A stretch of DNA of 64,000 nt from Hydrolagus colliei (taxonomy: Eukaryota). Under the pieces are notes generated by a model. It was not told the origin of the DNA. It was given only the letters and a program-made list of their open reading frames with translations, and did not search any database. A program made the translations under genes and the position numbers. Positions 39,501 to 51,980 of this stretch are shown piece after piece. The stretch is taken from the NCBI GenBank assembly GCA_035084275.1, contig CM068751.1, positions 7,874,001 through 7,938,000 on the forward strand. The letters are read 5' to 3'. Numbering within the stretch: the first letter of the stretch is position 1; every line of letters starts with the position of its first letter.

Positions 39501-41961
39501 CTCCCATCATATTCCTAAAGTGGGCGAGGTCAGCCAGAGCCTGGTGGCTGTGAAGGTAATGAAGGTTTGCTATGCTCAAGTCCCTGAAAACCAAAAGACC
39601 GTTGTGTTGGAGAACAGAAGTTCCATTTGAGATCAAGTGCAATCAAGATACACTTCAAATACAGACATCTAAAGAAAAATGCATTCAAAACTATTCGAAA
39701 ACGTATTCGATTCCTTGTGCTGAGCTATGGAATGTTGCGATAGTAGGAATATGAATATCTAGCACACATTTCTAAATTTAGTTTCTCAAAAGCCCTGATA
39801 TGTGACCTGAACTTATGCTGACACTGCAGTAAGTGAGAGTGCTCCCAAACGGAGGCAATTTGGGCTTTATTATTTATGCCTTCGGGTTATTCAACTGTGT
39901 TGTTTTGTCAACCACAAACATCAATCCCCCAAATTGTGCAGTTACGTAAACAATCATATTTACATCTCGCTAAGAAATAAATCTACAATTGAAAAAAGAA
40001 TGCAGGAAGAATCCCAAATGCTTCACCTTGAGCTGGCAGGATTTACTAACTCATTGTAACAGAAGTAGAAAGAAGAAAGAATGAAAAAGACACCCCGTTT
40101 TAACGGAAACCAGATTATTTTAACTTACTGTGTTGGCCAACTTTTCCCATAAAACCGATGTTCCAGAAGTATGCAAAGGGCATTGAACTGTTTAGCGTAT
40201 GTTAGCCAAGCACCATGCTCCATCCACATTGGGTTTAAACCACCCTCTCCTCCAATCATTAGAAAGACAGGACTCCCAGATTTATGATATGTGTTATTGA
40301 TATAAAATCTCTGGGGGGTAAAATACATATTTAATACACGAAAAACAAACAAATCACAGGTACGCAAAACATTAACATTTTCCTCCCAGTTTTATGCACC
40401 ATTCATTGCCGCTTTATATTTTTTTAAATAAATTCAAAACAAATAAAAAGAGCAGCAGATTATATTATCTCCAAAATTATACAAACACCAGATTTTGGCA
40501 TCTCAAACATCTAACTTGTGACATTGTTTCATTTAGAAAAAAAACTCATGAACACCATATAAAAATGGAGCAGTGTATCTCTCACTAGCTGGTGTGAATA
40601 ATAATAATAATTCTTGCATTTGATATAGCGCTTTTCACATCTTATCGACGTCTCAAAGCGCTTCATAGAATATACTGTAAAGTGAATTGACCGTATATTT
40701 GTGGGCGAAACGCGGCAACCAATTACGCACAGCAGTGTCCCACAAACAGTCGTGGATTGAAATGACCAATTTTTATTATTGTGGGTTTTTTGGAAGGATT
40801 ATTATTAGGTGTGTGGAGTAAGGAAACTTTCCCAAGGTTTCGCCCTGTCCTGTCTGGATTCAAACACATTCGAATAGACTGTTTCAAGTGCTATAGATGC
40901 TTTATAATCAAAGGTATGACGCCTGGTAGATTACCGTATAATGAATCATGGAAAGTGATGCTACTATCTTTGCTCCAGCATATCCTAGCTGTAAATTAGG
41001 ATAATATTGGATATAAAGAACATTCGCTTCCCAGGTAGACTGATGAAAGCTGCTGGTCCTCTTCCTTCAACAGTGCATAATGATTGGTCATTTGTGTACA
41101 AAACACATTTTGATCAGTGGTTTATAGCAATCATTTTCATGGTCTGGGTATTTTCTTTGAAATTTGGAGTCCTATAGCTCAGCGGTTTGAGCCTTAGAAG
41201 TGTGAGACCTGTGTTCGAATCCAGGCAGGTCAGTGCAAAACCTTCGGCAAGTTTCCTTATTCCACATGATTAATAATAATCCCTCCAAAATAACCACAAT
41301 GATTAAATTGGTCATTTCAATCCATGACTGTTTGTGGAACACTGCTGTGTGCAATTGGCTGCAGCATTTCACCAACAAATATACTTTACAGTCTATTCTG
41401 TGAAGCGCTTTGAGACGTCTGGAAGACCTGAAAAGCGCTGTATCAAATTCAAGGATTATTTTATTATGGTAAATAAATGATTACAATTTATGCCACTCGA
41501 TGTGAACAGAGTTGGTGCCTAATCTTTGTGCATTGGGCAAGTTTCCTTACTCCACACGCCTAATAATAAACCCCCCAAAAAACAATAATAATTTGGTCAC
41601 TCAATCCACGACTGTTTGTGGGACACTGCTGTGCACAATTGGCTGCCACAGTCAGTTCACTTTACAGTATACAGTATTGCATGAAGCGCTTTGAGAAGTC
41701 TGGAAGACGTGAAAAGCGCGTTATCAAATGCAAGAGTTATTATTATTATTAATATTATTATTATTTAAAACGCACCTGATTCCACACCCGACCATCAGCG
41801 ACATTGAAATGATTCACTTTCTGAACAAACCAGTGCTCACTTGGCTCAATGAAACTCTCCAGTCGGTAGCGTCTCACGTACCTGGAATGGTAAAACCCTG
41901 AAACGTACCATTCACACAATATCAACAGGACAATTGAAAATACCATGTGAGCCATTATCAT
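27555..41961 (-). CDS. Peptidase family S28 serine protease, thymus-specific serine protease (PRSS16)-like / K12H4.7-like, 486 aa
   Basis: Nine exons in frame: 41776-41961, 40129-40310, 39351-39583, 38301-38436, 36160-36274, 35070-35271, 31594-31684, 30722-30930, 27555-27661 (1461 nt, ending TAG). Signal peptide present. S28 motifs: [53 protein letters not shown]. Catalytic triad intact: GGSYPG (Ser), GSMDPWH (Asp), GTAHCANMY (His). Confidence 0.92.
28128..28558 (-). mobile_element. L2 3' fragment
   Basis: [20 protein letters not shown] motifs and an L2 tail. Confidence 0.88.
30018..30280 (-). mobile_element. tRNA-derived SINE with an internal deletion in the head
   Basis: Consensus match; part of the inverted duplication with 40868-41465. 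Confidence 0.85.
32555..33330 (+). mobile_element. L2-clade LINE 3' fragment
   Basis: [10 protein letters not shown] and [13 protein letters not shown] motifs with an L2 tail; lies tail-to-tail with the 33411-34562 copy. Confidence 0.93.
33411..34562 (-). mobile_element. L2-clade LINE, 5'-truncated, with a 303-aa open RT C-terminal fragment
   Basis: [55 protein letters not shown] motifs; (TTG)n tail. Confidence 0.95.
34662..34937 (+). mobile_element. tRNA-derived SINE
   Basis: Consensus match. Confidence 0.82.
40600..40868 (-). mobile_element. tRNA-derived SINE, 5'-truncated
   Basis: Consensus match ending at the B box. Confidence 0.85.
41166..41465 (+). mobile_element. tRNA-derived SINE, full length
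   Basis: Consensus match; another truncated copy follows at about 41533-41750. Confidence 0.85.
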
Positions 41962-42414
41962 TGTCAGCACAACCCCAGTCTATACTAAAGGATCCAGCCA
42001 TATTGTAAGGTGTATCGTGTGCTGAAACTTGACAGAAAATAATCAGCGTCTTGCAAGACCACGGCACTTGGCAACCGCATTGTGTAGGTTCATTTCCAGG
42101 CAGTTACTCACGGCTAATTCTATTCCTAAAGCTCCTGCCAGAGAGATAGCCGTGGGAATAACAATCGCGGTTGCAATGATCGGGCATCACAAAGACACGG
42201 TGACATCACAAAGCTTTCAGAAGAAAGTGCAGTGTTAAGTAATCAAGCTGTTAATTACTTTATTAAACCAGTTACGCACTGTGTCATTTAATCATTCCCT
42301 CCAAACAAGTCTGTGTTAAAATGGTTAATGCCTCCCAGAAAGAACATTTGTTTAATCAAACAGTGAAAATGACTATTGATATCCATGTACTTTGTCTTGC
42401 TTTGCTTTTAGATT

Positions 42415-42700
42415 CAACAACAAGAACAAAATTACACTTGTATAGTGCTTTTGACATCAGGAAGATGTCCCACAGCACTGGACAGCCATTGTTTCAGACA
42501 CGAGCTGGGGTCAGGGAGTGGGAGCGTGGAGGGAAAGCGGGGGGGGGATATGGGGTGACCGATGGGACCGTCGAAAAGGAGGGTCTTGATTTAAAGAAGG
42601 CCAGGGAGGGGGCAAGGTGGAGGTTTGCGGATGAATTTCCAAAGATTGGGGCTTAGTGGCTAAAGTCTCGGCCGCCAATGATGGGGCGGGTAGGTCGAGT
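42415..42700 (-). mobile_element. Degraded L2 3' fragment
   Basis: L2 tail (caacaacaagaacaaaattacacttgtatagtgc) plus 3' body. Confidence 0.75.
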
Positions 42701-44056
42701 GCTACTTTCTCTCTCATTCGCTCTTCTTAATGTTCACTTCTGTTCACTGATTGAATTTAAAAATATTTTCAATTCAGTTGAAAAACATGAAATGAATGTC
42801 ACAAATAGATACATTGTGCCCAGTAGTACCATAGTAAATAACCAGGTGCTTTATGGCAAACCATGTGGGATTATTCCAAAATATGGAGTATGGAAAATAT
42901 TAAAAAGGAAAATTATTCTGTTGATATGGTTATAACTGTTACAGGACACTATGTCTTGAAAAGTGTCTACATCATCTCAATCACATTACAGTGGTCAATG
43001 TAGTGAGTGTTCATGTGAGCTGTGTGGTTGCTGTAAAGTTGCTTGAGACCTGTATAATAAATCCAGAACCAATATTCAATTCAAAAAGGTACAGAGACTT
43101 CATTTGCTCCAAGTACAGTACTATCTTGAGATATCGGGGGGAAAAAGTATTGTTATAACTTTGACTTAAGTATGACACGAATGTACGTACACAGTACTGA
43201 TTTAAAAAAGAACAGTAATTATACCATTTGCTGTTTATTCTTTATGTATCTTATGTACTGTACTCCGCACAGTCCATTTAAATCACTACAGATTATTTCA
43301 GGTAGTGGTTACATTGCCACAATCTTGTTCGGAACAGGTAAGCCTGCATCAACATTGTGTACAGCACTTCATATCAGGTCATCACATATTATGCAGTGAT
43401 TATGAGCAAATTATGTGTTTGGCAAAGTACTGATTTCCTTAACTTGGGATCTGTGGTAAAATCTTGCGAAAGTCTTGTCAACTTGATGCAATAATTAACA
43501 GACTACATCCATTTTATCAATGATCCAAATCCAGGATAGTGCAGCGCCTTGGGACATCCTTCCGACATGAAAGGATGAAATACCACATAGAAACCACAAT
43601 AATAAAATTGGTCATTTCAATCCACGACTGTGTGTGGGACACTGCTGAGCACAATTGGCTGCTGCAATTCACCCACAAATATACAGTCAATTCACTTTAC
43701 AGTGTATTCTGAAGCGCTTTGGGACACTGATAAGATGTGAAAAGTGCTATTATTATTATTATTATGTATATATTATTAAATGTCATTTTGTATTGCATAC
43801 AAATCCACCTCATTTAAGCCAATCACCCACAAAGAAGTCATGACTATATATGTAGAGAATTCCACATCCTGCACTGTATTAGCTTCTGAGACGACACAGA
43901 TCACATTGATGGTAGGGGGGAAGAGATTTTTTTTTTAAAAAAAGGGTTTTGTAAGTTATATTATTTTCTGATATCCAATAGATTCAGTCAGTAACAGTTT
44001 ATCTTTCTTCCAGCTAATTTTTTCAGACAAAGTTGGAGAGTTCCGAGTGAATTGCA

Positions 44057-47000
44057 TTAATCTTCTAAACAGTTCTTGCTGCTTCTGCGGATGGTGACTT
44101 TAACTCCTTTCAGTGAAGCAGAGTCTTCTGTGTCCGGGTCACATTGCTCTGTGCCGCCCACAGTTACAATCTGTGAAACAAATACCAATATCAGCAATCC
44201 TGCTCCAAAATATCATGGCCTTTACTAGAAAGGCAATGTCCTTGGTGTCTAAACAGGAGAATGTGTGACATCACAATTATGGCAACGCAAACAGTTTCAA
44301 AACTTAAAATAACAATCATTGCATGGTGCGTGTGCAGAATTGGATAATAATAGTAATAATAATAATGATCCTTACATTTGATATAGCGCTTTTCATATCT
44401 TCTGGACGTCTTAAAGGGCTTCACAGAATATACTGTAAAATGAATTGACTGTATATTTGTGGGCTAAACGCGGCAGCCAATTGCGCACAGCAGGGTCCCA
44501 CAAACAGTAGTGATTTGAAATAACCAATTGAATTATTTTTTTAAAGGGATAATTATCTGGTGTATGGAGCAAGACAACTTGCCCAAGGATTTTCCCTGCC
44601 AGGAATCAAATCCATGTCTCTCGCGTGCAAGGCGAGTGATCTAACCACTAATCTACAGGATATGACTGTAGCAGAACTGAAAATGGACAGGTTTGGTGAG
44701 GAGGTCATTTACTAACTCTTTGTAAATGTAATGCACCTTATAAGGTGGACTCCACTCTCCTTTTCCAGCTGAATTCACTGCACGAACCCGAAACAAATAC
44801 TCTGAGTTGCAGTTCAGATTAGTGGCTGTGAAGTTATTGTGTCTGATTCCTGAGAAGACTCCAGCTTGATCTTGGGGTATGGCCATCTCTTTGTCAATTG
44901 AAACGATCTCTTGGAATTGTAGCTCAAAAAAGTCTATGCTTTGTTCTTCCACGGGAAATGTCCATCTTACCTATTTTAAACAAGGAGAAGCTTTAATGCT
45001 TAAAATTGAGATATAGAAAAAATGTCAATGATCAAGTGATGCAGTTAAGGGGGGTGGATGATAATAATAATAATTTTCTTATAATAATAATCCTTGCATT
45101 CAATATAGCTATATCAAATACAGTACCTGTACATGGTATCATACCAAATACACTGTATATCAAATCTACTTCATATACTGTACTCTAAACTGAATTGACT
45201 TTATTTTGTGGGCGAAACATGGTGGGTGGTGGAAACAAAAATGGTAACCGGGATTATAATTATTATAATGGTGACACTGGCGAGTGAGTATCTTTCACCC
45301 ACAAATACAGTCTGTAGACTCTACAAAACCTGTGCAATACTGTACTTTTGGAACATTTCAACAATGTCATAAGGTCGCAAGGGTGTGTATGGGTTGAAAC
45401 ACTGTAATATTGTTGAGAGGTCACTGGATGCAGCAGATCCTACCTTTGCAGAGGTTCCATCCACCGTGTGCTTGAATATGAAAGGAGCTTCTGGTAGTTC
45501 ATGCTCAAAAGTACTCGTGGATTCAGTAGATACCGCCTGAGAGGATGTCTGTGCTTGATCAACATCTCCATCAAAGTGCACGTGACTATCAAACAACTGA
45601 AGTTTTCCAATACTGCAGGTCAATTTAACGTTGCGTAATTCCGATAGAGAAGGAAAGCTTCTCGAACCTTGGCTCTTCTTTGATGTGCACACAGCTGGTT
45701 TGTGACCAGCACGGATTCGAATCCCACTGCGGGGCCTCAAACTAGATACTTTGTGGCCAGTCTTGAAAGGCCATTTACGGGGGAAAACAATATTGTCTAA
45801 GTGAGTGGAAGAATTGCTCTTTACACTGTCGGAAGAGGGAGTTTTGGACACACGATAATTTTTATTCTTGATGGAGTCCGTGCTTGATGTATCCGAGTTG
45901 ACTTTCGATTGATTGATGGGCTGCACTTGAGGTGGATTTGAATGGGAAAACTTTGGTATGAAAGCAGTCGGAGGTTTAGGGCTACATTCATCTTTACAAT
46001 TAGGGATCAGCCTGGGTTTTCGGAAGCAAGATCCCTCCATAGTTTTATGTTTGGTGTTTGGGTCACAAAATATATCAGATGCATTTCTCAATGCCCAGGG
46101 CTTGGTGTTTCCATCACTGTCGAAATACCCCATAGAGGCCCTTTGTGGATTAGTGGACTTGGGCAAGCAATCAGTTTCTTTCTTATTGGAATCTACGCAG
46201 GTTTCATCCGAGCTACATTTTTGGCCACACTGGCCACTGGCTGTAGTGTTTCCACAACATTCCCTTTCAGGGAGCAAACTCAGAGTCTCACAATGAGGGT
46301 TATTCGCAACTGGGCTGTGCGGCCTCGGGTTAGTGCTGCTTGCACTGTCGGATGTTGGATTCTTGTAGAAATTAGCAGTGTGAAAACAGCTGGAAGAAAT
46401 ATTTTTAGCGGTGTTGAGGCAAGCCGAATTGGAAAATTGGCATGGTCTATCTTTACCGGAGTCTATACAAAGTGCTCCTGAGATACTAGAAGGTTGATCA
46501 CCAACCTGGTGACAACACGGGTCATGTAGACAACAGGGAATATTGTTCTTACTGTTGCACGTAGTGGAACCTGGGCACTGAAGCAGGTGTGTTCTTGGAA
46601 TGTGTTCCAGGAATTTTCCTTCAGATGACAAGCTGGAACTCTTGCTGTCAAAGTCAACTCCGATGTCGTCGCCTTGCCTCATATCAGAAAGACCGCAAGC
46701 TCGGCTCTTCAAGAAGTCAAGATTGTCATTGCGTACGGAAGCACATCTTTCGGTTTTACAAGAAGGTTGATTACTTGAACACTGTGGTCCTTTCGCATTG
46801 AAATTCACATCTGATGCACCCGAGCTGGCGTTACCCTTGGAGTGACATTGATTGTGATACTGAGACATAGGTACAAGTTGAGCAATTTCAGGAACCTGCC
46901 TAGATTTAGTTGTTTGACTTGGGCTTGGACATGCGTATGATTCTTGTCCGTCGCCATTACATTCACACTCAGATGGCGTGCTCTGAGCTTTGCAGCAATG

Positions 47001-49731
47001 CACCATCTCAGACGCAGTCCGTAACTTTGCATTCCAATGGTGCGCGTTTTTCGGTTTATGGTCTTGGTAACATGAACATTCAGAGCAGTTCAAAGATATC
47101 TGTTTCTCAGATTTAGAAGAACACACTTGTGGTATATTACATTTTTCATATGGGCGGTGGTGCTTTGTCTGGTCACTTGAAATTGTTTGCACCTCAGAGT
47201 TACACCGTAGGTTGCACAGTTTAGAATTAAAAGCAGATGCACAAGCACTCACGTTGGATGTATTTGAAGCAGCAATCCTCTTCAATGTACATTGTGGTGT
47301 ACACCGGTTAGAGTTGATCACAGATACCAAAGCGTTCACATTGGCTGTATTTGAAACAGGTTCAACCTTAGATATACACGGTGGGTTGCACTGGCTGGAA
47401 CATGAAGCACACAAGCTTGAGTCCCAGTTTGATGTATTTGAAGGAGCATTCATTTTCGATTTTGGTGAGTTATCCTGGTCAAAATTGATCACGGATCCAA
47501 ACGTGTTCACATTGGTTGTATTTGAAGCAACGTCAGCCAGCACACACTGTGGGCTGTATTGGCTAGAGCGTGTGATATAAGTGCACGGGATAGCATGAGA
47601 TGGATCTGAGGCTACATCAACCTCAGTGACGCATGGTGTGTTACATTGGCTGGAACGTGTCATGCAAGAACAGCCATCAACATCAACATTCGCTGTAGAT
47701 ACACTACATTGCTGTTCATGCGTGATATATTCACTTGGCTCCCCATTGAATGAATCTCTGGTCACATTCTTAGATGCAGATTGACGGCTAGTCTGGCCAG
47801 AGTGTGTAATATATACACAAGAATCTATATTGAAAGTCTTGGAATTCAATTTATAAGGTGAGTTGCGCTGGCAAGAATTAGTCACATATGAACATATATT
47901 CGTATTGGGTAAGTTGATGGCGGCATTAGCTTTAGAAGTGGCAGAGAGTGGGCAACCTTGACCATAAGGTAGCCCTTCCTTATCACTGGAAGGTTTCGTT
48001 CGGGGAATCGTGTGCCCACCACCGTTCAACCTCTGAACTGTTTGGAAATCTCCACAGCATAACAGGTTGGACTCCCTCGAGCACATTTTCAGCGGAAGAG
48101 CGTTTATTGCATCCTTTAGCGAATCCACGTTCAGTTTGAAGTCTTCGAAAGGAATGGCAGGCCAAGCCTCGTGGGGTGCCACACAGAGCATGGCTTCCCT
48201 CAGGCGGTTGTTTAACTGTGCGGAGGTTTGGAGGAATACAGTCGGGTTGGTTTCTTTGAAAGCTTCGGTGGTGTACAAGATGAGACCCTCCAGCTTCAAC
48301 ATTAACTGCGACACAGATCCGACCCAATTGTCCATTTCGCTTTGTTTCTTCAGCTTCTCGCTTCTTATCAGATGTTTGATGGCCTCCTCTTGTGCCTGAA
48401 GTGCTTCTTGTAATAGAACAAACTCTTCTGTCACATCTGCGTTCAGTTGCTGCTCGTTTACCTCCGTCTCTGATTTCACCGCAGTCAGTCGCTGGATGCA
48501 TCTTTCGTAATTCTCTTTGACTTTTAAAAGAGGAAGGGCACATTTAAACTGGGGGAATGAAAAAGCTCATTCCAAATCACAATGTAATAATAGTCTTACA
48601 CTTGTGCATCTAATATTGTCTTCCATTTATACAAAGTTACAGTTTTTTTTGACAATACAATCCACATAATATAGAACTAAATCATGATATTGCTACAAAA
48701 CATGTTTACATTTCCCTGATCTTATTCAGGACTATATTTTGATACCATCTATATACTTATATATATATATATACACAGTATATATACATATATAATTTTG
48801 CAATACTATAATTATTGTTCAAAACTATTAAAAATCAGATCAGACCATTGTATTGATAGGTTCTGATTTATTTTAAAAGGGAGTAAAAGATCCTTACCTA
48901 GATGTCCTTATAAATGAATTGTTTCCAATACATATCTTGGCTGATTGATTTTCATCAATGCAAACACACATGACTAAATCAATACAACTAGTCCAGGGGA
49001 GAGAGAGATTAAGATAGATTAAGATGCACTGTAAATATACCTTGTTTGAACTCAGACACTTTCTTTCGTAGCTCTTCTGTTTCATACTGGAAAGCTTGTT
49101 CGAGTGAATATAAGGGATGGTTTCTGTGGGTACTCAGCACACACTCCTGGCAAATTGACACCTTATCTTGCATGCAGTAATGCGTCAGAGTCATAGAAGG
49201 ATGGAAGAAGCATTTAATTTGGTCCCTGCTGAAACCCGACGGTTCCATCAAAATGTGCGACTGAAATGCTTTGTTTTTGTGGATCTTCCGAAGGCATTTC
49301 TCGCAGAAATTCAGATTGCAGTTCACACACTTTTTGACAGCCACACGTTTGTTATCCCTTTGGTCACAGAGCTGGCAGAGGACTTGAGCTTGCTGGGGCT
49401 CTGCCTTTCCTTTCACCTTTTCCTTCTTTTTCTTCCGCGTTTCCGGTGTCACGTTTCGTGTTTCTTGCCTATGTCTCGACACAGTGTTGTTCAGTAAATA
49501 GTTCTCTGGGAACTTAATTTCATCTTCCTGGTTGAAGGTGAACTTCTGGTTGCACACAGGGCAGTTAATATTTATCACCCCATTCTTCTTGCTTTTTATT
49601 TCCTTACTCAGGCAGCCTTTGCACACGCTGTGTTCACAAGGCAGAAGGTACGCGCTGGTGTAAAGTTTCCCACAATCTGGGCAAGTGAGTTCTTGATACA
49701 AGGTACCTGCAAAGTCTTTTCTCGTTTTCAT
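44057..49731 (-). CDS. TRIM-family E3 ligase: RING, B-box1, B-box2, coiled coil/COS-like, long Cys/Ser-rich insert, FN3, no SPRY (TRIM42-like architecture), 1371 aa
   Basis: Four exons in frame: 49041-49731, 45444-48520, 44737-44970, 44057-44170 (4116 nt, ending TAA). RING CPDC..CEHSVCKGC..CPVC; B-box1 CQLC..CVNC..FCEKCL..H..H; B-box2 CFFH..YCMQD..ICQEC..HRNH; TNPTVFLQTS in the coiled coil/COS region; FN3 PEAPFI..VRW..YLFRVRAVNSAGKGEWS. Confidence 0.85.
44345..44660 (-). mobile_element. tRNA-derived SINE
   Basis: Consensus match, in the last TRIM intron. Confidence 0.85.
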
Positions 49732-51612
49732 TTTTGAGTCTTGATTTATTTGCTTCTCAGTGACTGGGTTTATTCTGGAAGGATGAAAGCTAGATTAGAA
49801 CAGTCCAAATTGCCCACCAAAGCACATGAGAAACATGAAACTGCTAACGACACAGCATTTTGGGTAGAAATTGTTTTACAACTGACGTGAAATATTTTAC
49901 ATCATAAATATGTAACCACTGGCTGACTGAACATTGTCATGAGAGGATAATCATACCTCAGCCTTTTCCCTCTCCACTTGTACTTACCCTGAGTGCCCTC
50001 TCAATTTCTAATGTCTCCTGTTTCCATATAGTACATTTATGTCCATTACAACCCATCTGCCACTCCTTTATCATACTGCTAAACTGATCTACATTCTCTT
50101 GAGTGCTACTTCTCTTCCTTATAATTGGTCGCCTGCTTCAAATGGCTTGGGCGTCACTGGCAAATTTTTTTTAATAACATTATTCTGTATTAAGTTTAAA
50201 ACCAAAAGTTTAAACAGTACTGAATATTACTAGAAAACGTGAAGTGTGCTTCCGAAGATTTGTATGGACATTCAGTGAGACTGAGTCCATTCAGAGTTGA
50301 AAGAGTGTTGAATATTTAGGGTTAGAGGTACGGAAGAGACGAGAGAGTTTCATATTATTTATCCCTGTGACATTATTGATGCGGGATAGTCAGAAAATGC
50401 ACATCCATTGACAAACAGGTAATGACTTTCTTTGCAGAGAAATTTGTGGAAATTAGGCTTTTTTTAGGCTTTCTAGACACTGAACAATCACTTAGCAAAA
50501 GTCTAGTTATCCACAAGTAAATGAATGCAGTTGGTACCTCCAATACTGTACATTTTCATTGATCTGATCATCTTCATTGTAAATACCCACCCATGTGCTT
50601 AATATATTAGTAAGTAACATCAGCTTAATAAACGCTGAGCTGTTGAAAGAATACACAATCCATTGCACAATTACCTGTAATATAATTTGTCAAAAAGCTG
50701 TAGAGATTTTGATTTCATGACCTTCATTTGACAGATGCTGATCGCAGAGAGGGTTTTTCTCACTGATTTCATAAAAGACTGCTCTACAGCTCTGGCCTTC
50801 TGACCTATGTGTACAATTTAATTCAGATTATCTGAAAGCAGAGAAACGCAAACCATTTTTCACATGTCCATCGATACAGCAACTGTACACTCTCGCTCTA
50901 GTTATACAAAATAATGAACGTATTTTGTCTTCGTGGACATTGGAGGTGTTTGTTGACACAGTTTGCATGGACTATTATAGATTATACACTTCATAGATGA
51001 TATAGTTCTCTCTAAGGTATTAGAGCTATCCATTAATTACAGCGAGGTGAAAGAAGTGTGTCAACCCCTGTGAGCAATTGCCGCATGATAATGGTCAGTA
51101 AGAAGAATAAATATATACTTTGTGCGTTTAATGAATGTTGTGGCTTGTCCAGTTCACGTTGCCTTCTTATCTACTATGACAGTACTAGTTTGGTGATGCT
51201 TTGTATTCTGACATTTAGTAACTTTGGTGACATGCTGCCCTGGAGCGCTCTCCAGTGGTTTCGAACAGCAACATCTTGTGGAGCAAATTCTTTCCTTTTA
51301 CAATTGTAATATGATTTGTAGATGCTATTTTGCTCTTTGGTAAGGAGTCATATTTTACAGGTCACTGTTACAAATGTAGACAATACAATAGTCCAGTGGA
51401 ATTCTAATTCAATAAACATTTACCACAGGAAATAATTTACAAAAATATATATAAAATTCTGGCCCATTACATAAATTTACCTAAAAATACACAGTTCAAC
51501 TATAGTTCAGAATTACATTGGCCTTCTACGTTTTACAGATAAGGTTTAAATTGGAGTAAAGTATATATATGTTTGGAAACATAGGCAGTGATATATATAT
51601 AAAATCAGTGCT

Positions 51613-51980
51613 AATAATAATCCTTGCATTTGATGTAACATTTTTCACATCTTCTAGAGATCTCAAAGCGCGTCGCAGAATATATTGTAAAGTGAATTGA
51701 CTGTATATATGTGGGTCAAATGTGGCAGCCAATTGTGTCCTCCCGACATGAAAGACGCTCTATAAATGTAATTTTGTTGTTGTTGCCCAGCAGTGTCCCA
51801 CAACAGCTGTAGATTGAAGAGACCAATTCCTTATTGTTTTTTTTGTGAGGGATTATTTATTATAAGGCGTGTGGAGTAAGGAAGGAAACTTGCCCAAGGT
51901 TTTGCCCTGACCTGCCTGGAATCAAACCCAGGGCTTTTGCATGTTAGGTGAATGCTCTAACCATTGAGTTACAGGACTCC
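51613..51980 (-). mobile_element. tRNA-derived SINE with a nested 50-bp L2 tail
   Basis: Consensus match, interrupted at about 51737-51785 by tcctcccgacatgaaag...ttgttgttg. Confidence 0.82.

Noticed and set aside
2523-41961. Serpins as cognate inhibitors of the neighbouring S28 peptidase
   Set aside because: S28 enzymes are alpha/beta-hydrolase-fold peptidases, not usual serpin targets. The Lys-Ser bait points to trypsin-like S1 proteases.
45942-48543. Antisense and alternate-frame ORFs overlapping the giant TRIM exon
   Set aside because: Expected shadows of a long coding exon, with no recognisable motifs.
49988-50030. Upstream coding exon for the TRIM gene (AGG|gtaagt donor at 49988)
   Set aside because: The frame that would join the RING exon contains a TAG, and the local ATG opens only 8 codons. 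At most it is a 5' UTR exon.
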